Shown one piece after another: positions 40,701-49,017 of a DNA stretch of 64,000 bases (position 1 is its first letter; every line of letters starts with the position of its first letter). Position numbers and translations under genes: made by a program. The notes under the pieces were generated by a model. The model was not told the origin of the DNA. It made no database searches and saw only the letters and a list, made by a program, of their open reading frames with translations. The stretch comes from Verrucomicrobiota bacterium (lineage in GTDB: Bacteria; Verrucomicrobiota; Verrucomicrobiia; Limisphaerales; AAA164-E04): positions 3,104,001 to 3,168,000 of the forward strand of contig CP170459.1 of assembly GCA_047947115.1 (NCBI GenBank), read 5' to 3'.

Positions 40701-41080
40701 ATCGCGCCGATGTGGCCTGCATGCGTTGTCATCGTGCGGAAGGGAAAGGTGGGGTGGTGGGACCGGACCTGGATCGCCTATCGGAGCGCTTGACGCGAAA
40801 TCAGATACTTGAATCCGTCCTTTACCCCAACGCCGCCATCACGCCGGGATATGCTTCGGAACGCTTTTTCCTGAGCAATGACGAAGATCTTGCCGGGGTT
40901 GTATTGGAAGAATCCGGCACGGCAATCCGATTGCGCCTGGCCGATGGCTCGGAGAGGAACCTGGCCAAAGAACGCTTAGAGCAACGAGTATCCGCACTCT
41001 CTGCCATGCCTGAAGGTGTTGCGGCAGGTCTGAAGCCGGGCGAGCTGCGTGACTTGATGGCTTATCTGTCCGGTCTATAA
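37739..41080 (+). CDS. PVC-type heme-binding CxxCH protein (beta-propeller + HEAT + cytochrome c)
   Basis: Signal peptide; YAAEP, GHDLHG, GLRNPQE, DND, CMRCH…GPDL…SAMP. Confidence 0.87.
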   Translation: MKKINLRNLSVWIVAFGLGMPSLAAATAGHAEFVHAMQQLELADGYEISLYAAEPDVLNPIALSVDESGRVYLAETDRYRDAVFDVVTQKPEWLPADLSFRTVADRTDFLKREFKGNLVPLTRGTERVRVLWDVDGDGKAERSTVLADGFSSIPTGPAAGLLAHRGRVWFQCLPGLWRIDWSPETNQRHGMRQLHEGFGVHVGVSGHDLHGITWGPEGRLYFSMGDRGLHVETPEGTLHYPDTGAVLRCEPDGSNLEVVAYGLRNPQEIVFDPYGNLFAGDNDTSGADKSRILHIVPHGDYGWRCSYQHMQGFGPWVQESFWKGDIDDMLPSTGYISQGPSGFALHPEAGAEADMAGPFFICDFPGGIRSFDLRPDGATFAASDNQKWLWNLWATDLVFGPDGVAYVTDWVAGWQQPEKGRVYQIKAAEGNAGLLGADVRPVIWSMKSETRPEQLGTLLSHRNQWVRREAQFRLVDLGEVSARVFVRTLSENESVLARLHAVWGLSQLTRTQQPTLKAYYQHAAKRGLNDSQPSVRSATLQWISDVPALELWQEVEGRLDDADPSVVMYAALTLSHWLSRWPEVATKSETFLPRVFAGLEETSLKGNAHLRHGYHVLLSRWIQYTKPVEAVVDGLRKHHSESIRLAMLQAARRLKSTSAALFLSDASPQIRDSAVRAIYDQRIDDALPILLDWTPPAGSSPGTYRRWLWAHYQVGGEPCFRKLVHYLAGSDVEPELMETELPSDVKRVCFEVLRKWGEGTSLDPVTGLWRPVAARSTDQLETLLKSRFAILFSKQNAAIHLPLLDWLTEGTIEDAVPYIANLLDSPDANHEVRAACLKALITLDAVKRTDWLRAGLESGVESMQSVALAALSEGEGDQQMPALFTLLEWFKPDYGIELRQSVVKSIARMNSTDAKQVTEDWWLQFRNGTFPDVLKLELIESVRGSAKPERLAWWRSYRDEVLSKQSRALPLEVLHGGNVERGRAIFRDRADVACMRCHRAEGKGGVVGPDLDRLSERLTRNQILESVLYPNAAITPGYASERFFLSNDEDLAGVVLEESGTAIRLRLADGSERNLAKERLEQRVSALSAMPEGVAAGLKPGELRDLMAYLSGL

Positions 41081-41081
41081 C

Positions 41082-42014
41082 TTATCGAACCACCAACACC
41101 GAGCATGCGGCATGCTGGACGACCCGTTCCGCCGTGCTGCCGAGCAGCACGTGTTTGAGTCCGGTGTTACCTTGAGTGGAAAGGATGATCAGATCCGACC
41201 GTTTTTTCTTGGCCCATTCGGTTATCTGGAAATGAGCTGATCCTGATTTGACGGAATGGCTGTTGATGAGGTCCATATCGACTTTTTCCTTTTCAAGGAA
41301 ATGTGCCATTTGTCCTTTGGCGGTTTGAATGGCCGAGCGTTCCTTAACCGCCAGATGTGCGTAACCGAACTCGGGATAAGCCGGCGGTTCCACCACATGG
41401 ACGATATCGATCGTGGCCCCGAAGTCCTTGGCGAAGGATTGGGCGTAAGCCAGTGTCTGGCGGCTTTTTTCGGAAAAATCCACCGGCACCAGAATTTTTT
41501 TGAAATGCGACACGGAGGATTTGGTACGGGTCCTGCGTTCTCGATGTACGAGGACGGGAGTGCTCGCGTGTCGAACGATACGTTCGGCAGTGCTGCCGAG
41601 CAGGACATGCTTCAACCCCGTGTTGCCATGGGTGGTGATGATGATCAGGTCATGGCCCCTTTTTTTTGCTGCCTGAGTGATTTCCTGGGAAGGGACGCCG
41701 GTGATGATATCGGTTCGGATGCGGTCTTGTAACGTTCCTGCAGAGCGGCGTTGTTGTTCGAGATAATCACGCCCGTAGCCTTCCAGTTTTTCTTCATCCA
41801 CCAAAGCCAGCGCGGTTTTGGGGCAAACGTACAGGAGCGTCATATCGGCGTCCATGCTGTTGATGAAAGTGAGCGCATACTCAAACAGCTTTTGAGCTGG
41901 TGTGGAAAAATCGATCGGGACCAAAACCTTTTTGAATCCATTTTTCGGGTATGGGACGATTTGATCGTTGTTCTTCCTTTTGGAGACTTTTTGGGATGGG
42001 CTGTTCTTTTTCAT
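41082..42014 (-). CDS. Universal stress protein with tandem Usp domains
   Basis: Two copies of LVPxDFS and GNTGLKHVLLGSTAER. Confidence 0.92.
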   Translation of the reverse strand: MKKNSPSQKVSKRKNNDQIVPYPKNGFKKVLVPIDFSTPAQKLFEYALTFINSMDADMTLLYVCPKTALALVDEEKLEGYGRDYLEQQRRSAGTLQDRIRTDIITGVPSQEITQAAKKRGHDLIIITTHGNTGLKHVLLGSTAERIVRHASTPVLVHRERRTRTKSSVSHFKKILVPVDFSEKSRQTLAYAQSFAKDFGATIDIVHVVEPPAYPEFGYAHLAVKERSAIQTAKGQMAHFLEKEKVDMDLINSHSVKSGSAHFQITEWAKKKRSDLIILSTQGNTGLKHVLLGSTAERVVQHAACSVLVVR

Positions 42015-42190
42015 ATCCTTCCTGTCTGTCTGGCACACCATACGATGGCAGTGCTCATATTACCATCCCTTATTTGTAGAATGGTGGCTTCAGTTTGTGA
42101 CCTGATCCACCTGATGAACTGTTTTATAAGATTGTCTTTTCCCCCGAAAAGTTGGAGTCTGCCTGCCATACCTGAAACGTTTACAAGATT

Positions 42191-43597
42191 ATGATATCCA
42201 CACATACATTGAATCGTTGGTTCCTGTTGCTTGCCTCTGTGATGTTGCTTCCTTCAGCTTCCCTTGTTGCTGAGGTGCGCTTACCGAATGTTTTGGGCAA
42301 TCACATGGTGCTTCAACAGCAGTCAGATGTTCGACTGTGGGGCTGGGTGACTTCTGCTGAAAAAATCGAAATCACCACCGAATGGGATGCCGTCCCTCAT
42401 GAAATCACTGCTGACAGTGGGGGTAGATGGGAAACCATCGTTCGGACACCTGAAGCGGGTGGTCCCTATCGCATACGCATCAAAGGGGCCAATGAGATTG
42501 TTTTGGAGGATGTGATGATCGGAGAGGTCTGGGTTTGCAGCGGACAGAGCAACATGGAATGGAGTGGCAACCAGCGCTTGCCTCAGTCTCTGGAGGAAGC
42601 GCCGCATGCAAATCATCCCGGAATTCGATTGTTTTACATTCCCAAAACAACGTCTGATACACCTCAGGATCAATGCGAAGGAGAGTGGAAAGTCTGTTCG
42701 CCCGAGGAAATGGTGAAATTCAGTGCTGTCGGTTATTTCTTCGGCAAAAAACTCCATCAGGACCTTGGCGTCCCCATCGGGTTGATCAACAGCAATTGGG
42801 GCGGCACGCCGGCCGAGGTGTGGACTCCGAAGGATGTTGTTGAAGATGATCCCATGCTGAAAGAGGCAGCAGGGAAACTGCAGCCCTTTCCATGGTGGCC
42901 AAAAGATCCGGGAAAATGTTACAACGCCATGATTTATCCCATCACCCGATTTGAGATTGCCGGAGCCATCTGGTATCAGGGCGAGAGCAACGTGAGCACG
43001 GCTTACGGTTACGAAAAACTGTTCACGAACATGATCGGCTCCTGGCGCGAGGCTTGGGATAAGGATTTCCCATTCTATTATGTTCAAATTGCTCCCTACA
43101 CCTATGGGGATAATCTGAACGGTGCCTTATTGCGTGAGGCACAAACCCGCAGCGCTTCATATCCCAACACCGGCATGGTGGTGGTTTCCGATCTGGTGGA
43201 TGATGTGAAGGATATTCATCCGAAGAACAAAATCGGTGTGGCGGAGAGACTGGCCAATTATGCCTTGGTACAGACATATGGCAAAGACGGTATGGCTTAT
43301 CGAAGTCCGACCTATGATCTTATGGAGATTGAGGGTAACGCTGTTCGTGTGCATTTTAACCACGCGCAAACCGGATTGGTGGCCCGTGGGGGAGAGCCTG
43401 CCGAGTTTTTTATTGCGGGGAACGACAAGAAATTTGTTCCGGCAAACGCGGTCATTGACGGCTCCTCGGTGGTGGTTCGTAGTGAGGCGGTAAGCGATCC
43501 AGTAGCCGTGCGGTTTGGTTTTTCCAATGAGGCCATATCCAATTTGTTTTCCAAAGAAGGTTTGCCGGTCAATTTGTTCCGGACAGATGACTGGTAA
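42191..43597 (+). CDS. Sialate O-acetylesterase family protein
   Basis: MVLQQ, GEVWVCSGQSNM, WGGT, WYQGESN, DIHPKNK. Confidence 0.9.
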   Translation: MISTHTLNRWFLLLASVMLLPSASLVAEVRLPNVLGNHMVLQQQSDVRLWGWVTSAEKIEITTEWDAVPHEITADSGGRWETIVRTPEAGGPYRIRIKGANEIVLEDVMIGEVWVCSGQSNMEWSGNQRLPQSLEEAPHANHPGIRLFYIPKTTSDTPQDQCEGEWKVCSPEEMVKFSAVGYFFGKKLHQDLGVPIGLINSNWGGTPAEVWTPKDVVEDDPMLKEAAGKLQPFPWWPKDPGKCYNAMIYPITRFEIAGAIWYQGESNVSTAYGYEKLFTNMIGSWREAWDKDFPFYYVQIAPYTYGDNLNGALLREAQTRSASYPNTGMVVVSDLVDDVKDIHPKNKIGVAERLANYALVQTYGKDGMAYRSPTYDLMEIEGNAVRVHFNHAQTGLVARGGEPAEFFIAGNDKKFVPANAVIDGSSVVVRSEAVSDPVAVRFGFSNEAISNLFSKEGLPVNLFRTDDW

Positions 43598-43704
43598 TCC
43601 GCATTCCGTGAAATCCGTAGTCCGGTCTTGATGCCTTGTGTGTGTTGGACTATGGTCCGGGGCTTGCCACTGAGTGGCATTGAACCTTGTGACCCAATAA
43701 CCTT

Positions 43705-44955
43705 ATGTCAGAAGAATCCTATATTCAGAATCTTTTTGCGGAACGCATCGGCGGAAACCAATACGGCAAGACAACTGCCATCTACAAATTTGAAAAAATC
43801 AAACGCGCCAAACAAGCCGCTTTAGCGGCGAATCCCGGTGCCGAGATCATTGACATGGGAGTGGGGGAGCCTGATGAAATGGCTTTCCCTGAGGTCATCT
43901 CCGTGTTGCACGAAGAAGCTCAGAAGCCTTCGAACCGTGGTTATGCGGACAATGGCGATGCCGTCATGAAGGAGGCTGCTGCTCGTTACTTGGATAAAGT
44001 ATGTGGTGCTTCCGGTATTGATCCGAAAACCGAAGTCTTGCATTCCATTGGAAGCAAAGCGGCCCTTTCGATCCTTCCTGCCGCTTTCATCAATCCCGGC
44101 GATTATGTGCTGATGACTACTCCCGGGTATCCGGTATTTGGCACGCATGCGAAATACTACGGCGGTCTGGTTCACAATTTACCCATAACCAAGGAAAATA
44201 ACTTTTTACCCGATTTGGGCAGTGTCCCGGCTGATGTGTTGGAAAAAGCCAAAGTGCTGGTGATCAACTATCCAAACAATCCAACCGGTGCCAGCGCGAC
44301 CAGGGATTTTTTTGCGGAAGTCGTGGCGTTTGCCAAGAAAAACAATATCATTGTGGTCCACGACGCAGCCTATGGCGCACTGGTTTTTGACGGGGCTCCG
44401 CTGAGTTTTCTATCTGTCGAGGGATCCAAAGATGTCGGAATCGAACTGCACTCCACGAGCAAAGCTTTCAACATGACCGGTTGGCGTTGTGGCTTTGTGG
44501 CTGGAAATGAACTGTTGGTGAAAGCTTACGGTGATGTGAAGGACAACACCGATTCCGGTCAGTTCCTCGCCATTCAGCATGCTTCTGCCTATTGCTGGGA
44601 TCACCCGGAAATTACGGAAAAAATCGCAGCCAAATACAGCCGCCGCATGGACGGGCTCGTGGAGGTTTTGCGAGGGGCTGGGCTGGACGCCATCAAGCCC
44701 GGCGGTTCTTTCTTCCTGTATCTGCCTTGCCCGAAGGCTGCGGTTGCCGCTGATGGAAATCGCATTTCGTTTGAGAACGCGGAGGCCGCTTCCCAGTGGT
44801 TGATTCGTGAAAAATTGATCTCAACCGTACCTTGGGACGATGCCGGCGCTTTCCTTCGCTTCAGTGTGACCTTCGCAGCCCCAAGCATCGAAGAAGAACA
44901 ACGCGTGCTCAACGAAATCAAAACCCGCTTGAGCGACGTGACCTTTGAGTTCTGA
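43705..44955 (+). CDS. dapL: LL-diaminopimelate aminotransferase (class I/II PLP)
   Basis: FAERIGG, DMGVGEPD, IGSK, NYPNNPTGA, DAAY, SKAFNMTGWR. Confidence 0.78.
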   Translation: MSEESYIQNLFAERIGGNQYGKTTAIYKFEKIKRAKQAALAANPGAEIIDMGVGEPDEMAFPEVISVLHEEAQKPSNRGYADNGDAVMKEAAARYLDKVCGASGIDPKTEVLHSIGSKAALSILPAAFINPGDYVLMTTPGYPVFGTHAKYYGGLVHNLPITKENNFLPDLGSVPADVLEKAKVLVINYPNNPTGASATRDFFAEVVAFAKKNNIIVVHDAAYGALVFDGAPLSFLSVEGSKDVGIELHSTSKAFNMTGWRCGFVAGNELLVKAYGDVKDNTDSGQFLAIQHASAYCWDHPEITEKIAAKYSRRMDGLVEVLRGAGLDAIKPGGSFFLYLPCPKAAVAADGNRISFENAEAASQWLIREKLISTVPWDDAGAFLRFSVTFAAPSIEEEQRVLNEIKTRLSDVTFEF

Positions 44956-45010
44956 CCGGAGTTCGATTCAAATTTTCAATCACGATTCAGCAGGTGGAAA
45001 AATGAATTTT

Positions 45011-45196
45011 TCACCTGCTTTCTTTTTGCTCCATATCGGAGGATTTTAGAGCTTGGATGTGATTCGGTAGCTTTTCATGCACATCAGGCTCCAAATGGGT
45101 GTTGTCTGACTCCGTTTTTTTCTTTCTGTCCTTGATCCTGAAGTAGAACTGACGCATGTCATCCAGTTCCTTCAAAGTTCGCTCAATCCTGGTCAT
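45011..45196 (-). CDS. Small charged hypothetical protein, candidate partner of the nucleotidyltransferase
   Basis: ATG at 45196 overlaps the upstream gene by 14 nt; MTRIERTLKELDDMRQFYFRIK…. Confidence 0.5.
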   Translation of the reverse strand: MTRIERTLKELDDMRQFYFRIKDRKKKTESDNTHLEPDVHEKLPNHIQALKSSDMEQKESR

Positions 45197-45653
45197 GTGA
45201 TTTCCTGAGGTTTTCGATATCAACGAGATCCTGGGGGGAGCTGCGCAACTGTTTCATCCAAATCAAATCTTCACGTCTTGCTAAACGAACGTTTCCAGCC
45301 GGAGATTCATCGATGATACTTTGTTCTATGACTTTCATGTGTGATGGTTCGTTTCCTATAAGCAAGTCTACCACCAATAGTTCTTCCCTGGACTCCTGAC
45401 TACGTTTTCCATAGCGATGCAAGGTAATGTTTGTGTTTTCGAAAGTCCAAGGACTTCCCAAGGAGATATATCCAAGCTCAGTAAAAATCTGACCATATTT
45501 TTCGATATCTTCTTTTACTCCCAGAATGTCAATATCACGCGTGAATCTGGGAAGGGAATGGAAGGCAAGAGCGATTCCACCCACCACGGAATATGAGGCT
45601 TCTTGCTCATTTAATTTACGGATCAGGTGGAAAAATTCTTTATAGAGCTCCAT
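45183..45653 (-). CDS. Small nucleotidyltransferase (DUF6036-like, Pol-beta superfamily)
   Basis: VVGGIALAFHSLPRFTRDIDIL; C-terminal LIWMK…QDLVDIENL. Confidence 0.82.
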   Translation of the reverse strand: MELYKEFFHLIRKLNEQEASYSVVGGIALAFHSLPRFTRDIDILGVKEDIEKYGQIFTELGYISLGSPWTFENTNITLHRYGKRSQESREELLVVDLLIGNEPSHMKVIEQSIIDESPAGNVRLARREDLIWMKQLRSSPQDLVDIENLRKSHDQD

Positions 45654-45721
45654 GATCTAAGTTGACGTAGCTTATTCTACTCGATTTTGAATACTCAAGG
45701 ATTATCCTGTGGATTCTAGAG

Positions 45722-46540
45722 CTAGAGTCCGTTCAGGTCCCAGTCATATTCTGTCCACTTGATTGAGAAGTGGCGCGCTTCTGGTGGAATCAGTTTAGGA
45801 AACGAGGTGGTGAGGTATTCATTGATCGAGTCCGCATTCAATTCAAAATCGTCTTTGTACCAATCGAATATCGGGGACAGGTGAAGCGTGCGGGTCTCCC
45901 TGTTAACCCGGTTTTTTGAAGTGTTGGACAGGAATGTTCTACCCTGATCGCGGAGTTGTTTGATCAACTGGTCGCCGGTATAGGCCTCTGTTCTTAGAGG
46001 CGGGCAACCTTTGGCTGCACATACAAGCGCGAAATGAATTTCCGGATGGGATTTGGCCCGTGGTCGGATCAACTCGTGCTCGATGTGATTCAACGAGACT
46101 TGACCGCCCCACAACGATACGAACTTTCTGCGCCAGGCGGCATGGGGGAGGAAGCCGATGTCTTTGATGCTTTTGACCGGGTATTCATCAAGAACCAGCC
46201 GGATGGTGGCGGCGTTGTAGAGATTGATGAGGCACGCCAGTTGATCTTCGTTTTTCCAGCTCTCAAAGTCGTTTGATGTAAGTTCGGCGATGGAGGTAAG
46301 GTAGCTGTCCAACAGTGTGCTGTTTTGTTTGAGGGTTTTGTAGTCTACATTGGCGTCATTCGAATGTGTCTTCAGGACGATCGTCCATTTGGAATGGGTC
46401 ATGTCGAAAGCCCTCACAGAACTGAGGATCTCACACGCTCCCAAGAAGATCAGGAGGTAATTGATCCATGATGAGCGTGATGTCAGGTTGTTGGTCATTT
46501 TTGGTTTGTTTCTTTCCAAATGGGAAGGCTGAGCATTCAA
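45722..46540 (-). CDS. DUF547 domain protein
   Basis: VDY, INLYNA, SLNHIEH, IHFALVCAAKGCPPL, LSPIFDWY, YDWDLN. Confidence 0.88.
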   Translation of the reverse strand: MNAQPSHLERNKPKMTNNLTSRSSWINYLLIFLGACEILSSVRAFDMTHSKWTIVLKTHSNDANVDYKTLKQNSTLLDSYLTSIAELTSNDFESWKNEDQLACLINLYNAATIRLVLDEYPVKSIKDIGFLPHAAWRRKFVSLWGGQVSLNHIEHELIRPRAKSHPEIHFALVCAAKGCPPLRTEAYTGDQLIKQLRDQGRTFLSNTSKNRVNRETRTLHLSPIFDWYKDDFELNADSINEYLTTSFPKLIPPEARHFSIKWTEYDWDLNGL

Positions 46541-46605
46541 TTTCTTTCGGAACTTGAAAAGACTTTTCCTTGCAGGGCGCTCTGGTCTCGCTGCATGCTT
46601 GTCTC

Positions 46606-48000
46606 ATGCACGTTCAATTTATCGGAGCCACCCGTACTACGACGGGTTCGATGTACCTCATCCAGGTCAATGGCCAGAAGATCCTGCTTGAATGTGGGCT
46701 TTACCAAGGTCGACGCGATGAAACCATCGAGCGAAATCGCACTTTTCCGTTTGATCCGTCTGAAATTGATGCAGCGGTGTTGAGTCATGCTCACATCGAT
46801 CATTGTGGAAATTTTCCCAATTTATGCCGACAGGGTTTTCAGGGGAATATCTACTGCACATTTGCCACGCGCGATCTGGCCGCCATCATGCTGGCGGATT
46901 CGGCTCATATCCAGCAGTACGACGCTGAATATGTTTCGCGCAAACGTGCCAAGAAAGGCCAGGGTCCAGTTGAACCGCTCTACACGGCCAAGGATGCGGA
47001 ACAGGCGGTGTCGCAGTTTGTTGCCATCAATTATGATCGAAGCATGATGATCGCCAAAGGCGTGAAGGTGACATTTAAAGACGCCGGACACATTCTGGGA
47101 TCCGCTCAGGTGGTGTTGGATGTGGAGGAGAATGGGCGTCGGTTCCGTTATTTGTTCAGTGGTGATGTGGGACGGGGCGGGCACGAAATTCTTCGCGATC
47201 CTCAGGCGGTTGATGGAGTGGATTTTCTTCAGATTGAAAGCACCTACGGTGGGCGTGATCATTCAGACCGTGTTCACGCCAAGGAAGAAGTGGGGAAATT
47301 GGTCAATGATACGTTGAATCAAAAAGGAAAGGTCATCATTCCCGCATTTTCTGTGGGGAGAACGCAACTCATTGTATACACCCTGCATCAACTGACCTTG
47401 AACGGGACCATCCCCAAGATTCCCATATTTGTGGACAGTCCGCTGAGTGTCAATGCAACGGAGGTTTTTCGACTTCATCCGGAGTGTTATAACGAAAAAA
47501 TTTACCGATTTCTCCACGATGAAGCCAATCCGTTTGGTATGGAAAACCTGACGTATATCCGCCATGTCGAACATTCAAAAAAGCTCAACGAACTGCGGGA
47601 ACCTGCCATCATCATCAGCGCATCTGGCATGTGTGAAGCCGGACGCATTCGACATCATTTGAAAAACAATATTGGTAATGCTCGTAATTTGGTTTTGTTC
47701 GTCGGGTATTGTGCGCAAAACACACTGGGTTCCAAGATTTGTAATAACATGAATCCTGTGAACATCTTTGGTGAGCCGGTCGAAGTGCGTGCCAAGGTGG
47801 CGCGGGTGGATGCTTTTTCCGGGCATGCCGATCGTCAGGAATTGATTCAGTACGTCAAGAATCTGACCGGTCGTCTTGCCAAGGTGACCGTGGTACATGG
47901 CGAGGAGGAACAGTCTCTTCAGTTTTCACAAACACTCAAAGAGATATTGCCCGGGGCTTCCGTGACGGTACCGGAACGGCTTGAGACGATAGAATTTTGA
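46606..48000 (+). CDS. MBL-fold beta-CASP ribonuclease
   Basis: SHAHIDH, AGHILGS, SGD, ESTYG, ASGM, FSGHAD, VHGE. Confidence 0.92.
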   Translation: MHVQFIGATRTTTGSMYLIQVNGQKILLECGLYQGRRDETIERNRTFPFDPSEIDAAVLSHAHIDHCGNFPNLCRQGFQGNIYCTFATRDLAAIMLADSAHIQQYDAEYVSRKRAKKGQGPVEPLYTAKDAEQAVSQFVAINYDRSMMIAKGVKVTFKDAGHILGSAQVVLDVEENGRRFRYLFSGDVGRGGHEILRDPQAVDGVDFLQIESTYGGRDHSDRVHAKEEVGKLVNDTLNQKGKVIIPAFSVGRTQLIVYTLHQLTLNGTIPKIPIFVDSPLSVNATEVFRLHPECYNEKIYRFLHDEANPFGMENLTYIRHVEHSKKLNELREPAIIISASGMCEAGRIRHHLKNNIGNARNLVLFVGYCAQNTLGSKICNNMNPVNIFGEPVEVRAKVARVDAFSGHADRQELIQYVKNLTGRLAKVTVVHGEEEQSLQFSQTLKEILPGASVTVPERLETIEF

Positions 48001-48032
48001 TCATCCTTATTGATTCCCTTTTCACAGAACCC

Positions 48033-48926
48033 ATGAAACTACGTGCGATAAGCTTGTTATGCGGCTTTTGGGCCGTTTTGAGTGCCCTTGCAGCAGATCC
48101 AATGGTGCTTCCTGTATGGCCGAATGATCCGCCGGATGACACCATGGAATTGCCTCCCGAGAAGGACATGACCACCGAAGACTCCGGTAAAGTGGAAGGC
48201 AAACGAGTTGCAAGAATCACCAATGTGTCCAATCCAACCATCACTGTCTACAGGCCTCAAAAAGAATTGGATACAGGGGCATCGGTGGTGATTTGTCCGG
48301 GAGGGGGGCATCGCATTCTTGCCTGGGATCTGGAAGGGACCGAGGTGGCTGACTGGCTGAATTCGATAGGGGTGACCGGGATTATTCTCAAGTATCGTGT
48401 GCCAGCCAGGCACAAAGAACCCCTTTGGCGTTCTGCTGTTCAAGATGCCCAGCGCGCGGTAAGGTTGGTCAGAAGTCGTGCGAGTGAATGGCAGTTGGAT
48501 CCTGATCGTGTCGGCATTCTTGGTTTTTCGGCGGGCGGTCAGACAGCAGCCATGACCTCCATTCTTCACGAAGGAAATCATTACCAACCCATTGATGCGA
48601 TTGATGACCTGCCTTCGCGTCCCGATTTTGCCGTCCTGGTTTATCCAGCCTGGCTGGTGGACGAAGAAAGGCGGCTGTTAAAGCCTGAAGTCCGAGTGAC
48701 TGAATCCACTCCGCCCATGTTTTTTGCGCATGCCATGGATGATCCGATCACAGTAGATAACAGTATTTTACTCGGGAGGGCGTTGAAAGATGTTGGAGTT
48801 CACTCAGAGATCCATCTGTATGATGGGGGAGGGCATGGATTTGGCTTACGTGAATCTCGTTTCCCATGCTCCACTTGGCCTGTCTCTTGTGAACGCTGGA
48901 TGCGTATTCGCGGTATTCTTCCCTGA
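48033..48926 (+). CDS. Secreted alpha/beta hydrolase (carbohydrate esterase-like)
   Basis: Signal peptide; CPGGG, GFSAGG, DD, GHGFG. Confidence 0.88.
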   Translation: MKLRAISLLCGFWAVLSALAADPMVLPVWPNDPPDDTMELPPEKDMTTEDSGKVEGKRVARITNVSNPTITVYRPQKELDTGASVVICPGGGHRILAWDLEGTEVADWLNSIGVTGIILKYRVPARHKEPLWRSAVQDAQRAVRLVRSRASEWQLDPDRVGILGFSAGGQTAAMTSILHEGNHYQPIDAIDDLPSRPDFAVLVYPAWLVDEERRLLKPEVRVTESTPPMFFAHAMDDPITVDNSILLGRALKDVGVHSEIHLYDGGGHGFGLRESRFPCSTWPVSCERWMRIRGILP

Positions 48927-49017
48927 TATTTGGAAAAGATTGCTCTGAAAGGCGGTTTTACATTGCGGGCGGCTTCCAGCAGGAGTAGCTTACGGAGTGT
49001 AACCCCTTTCAAGCACT

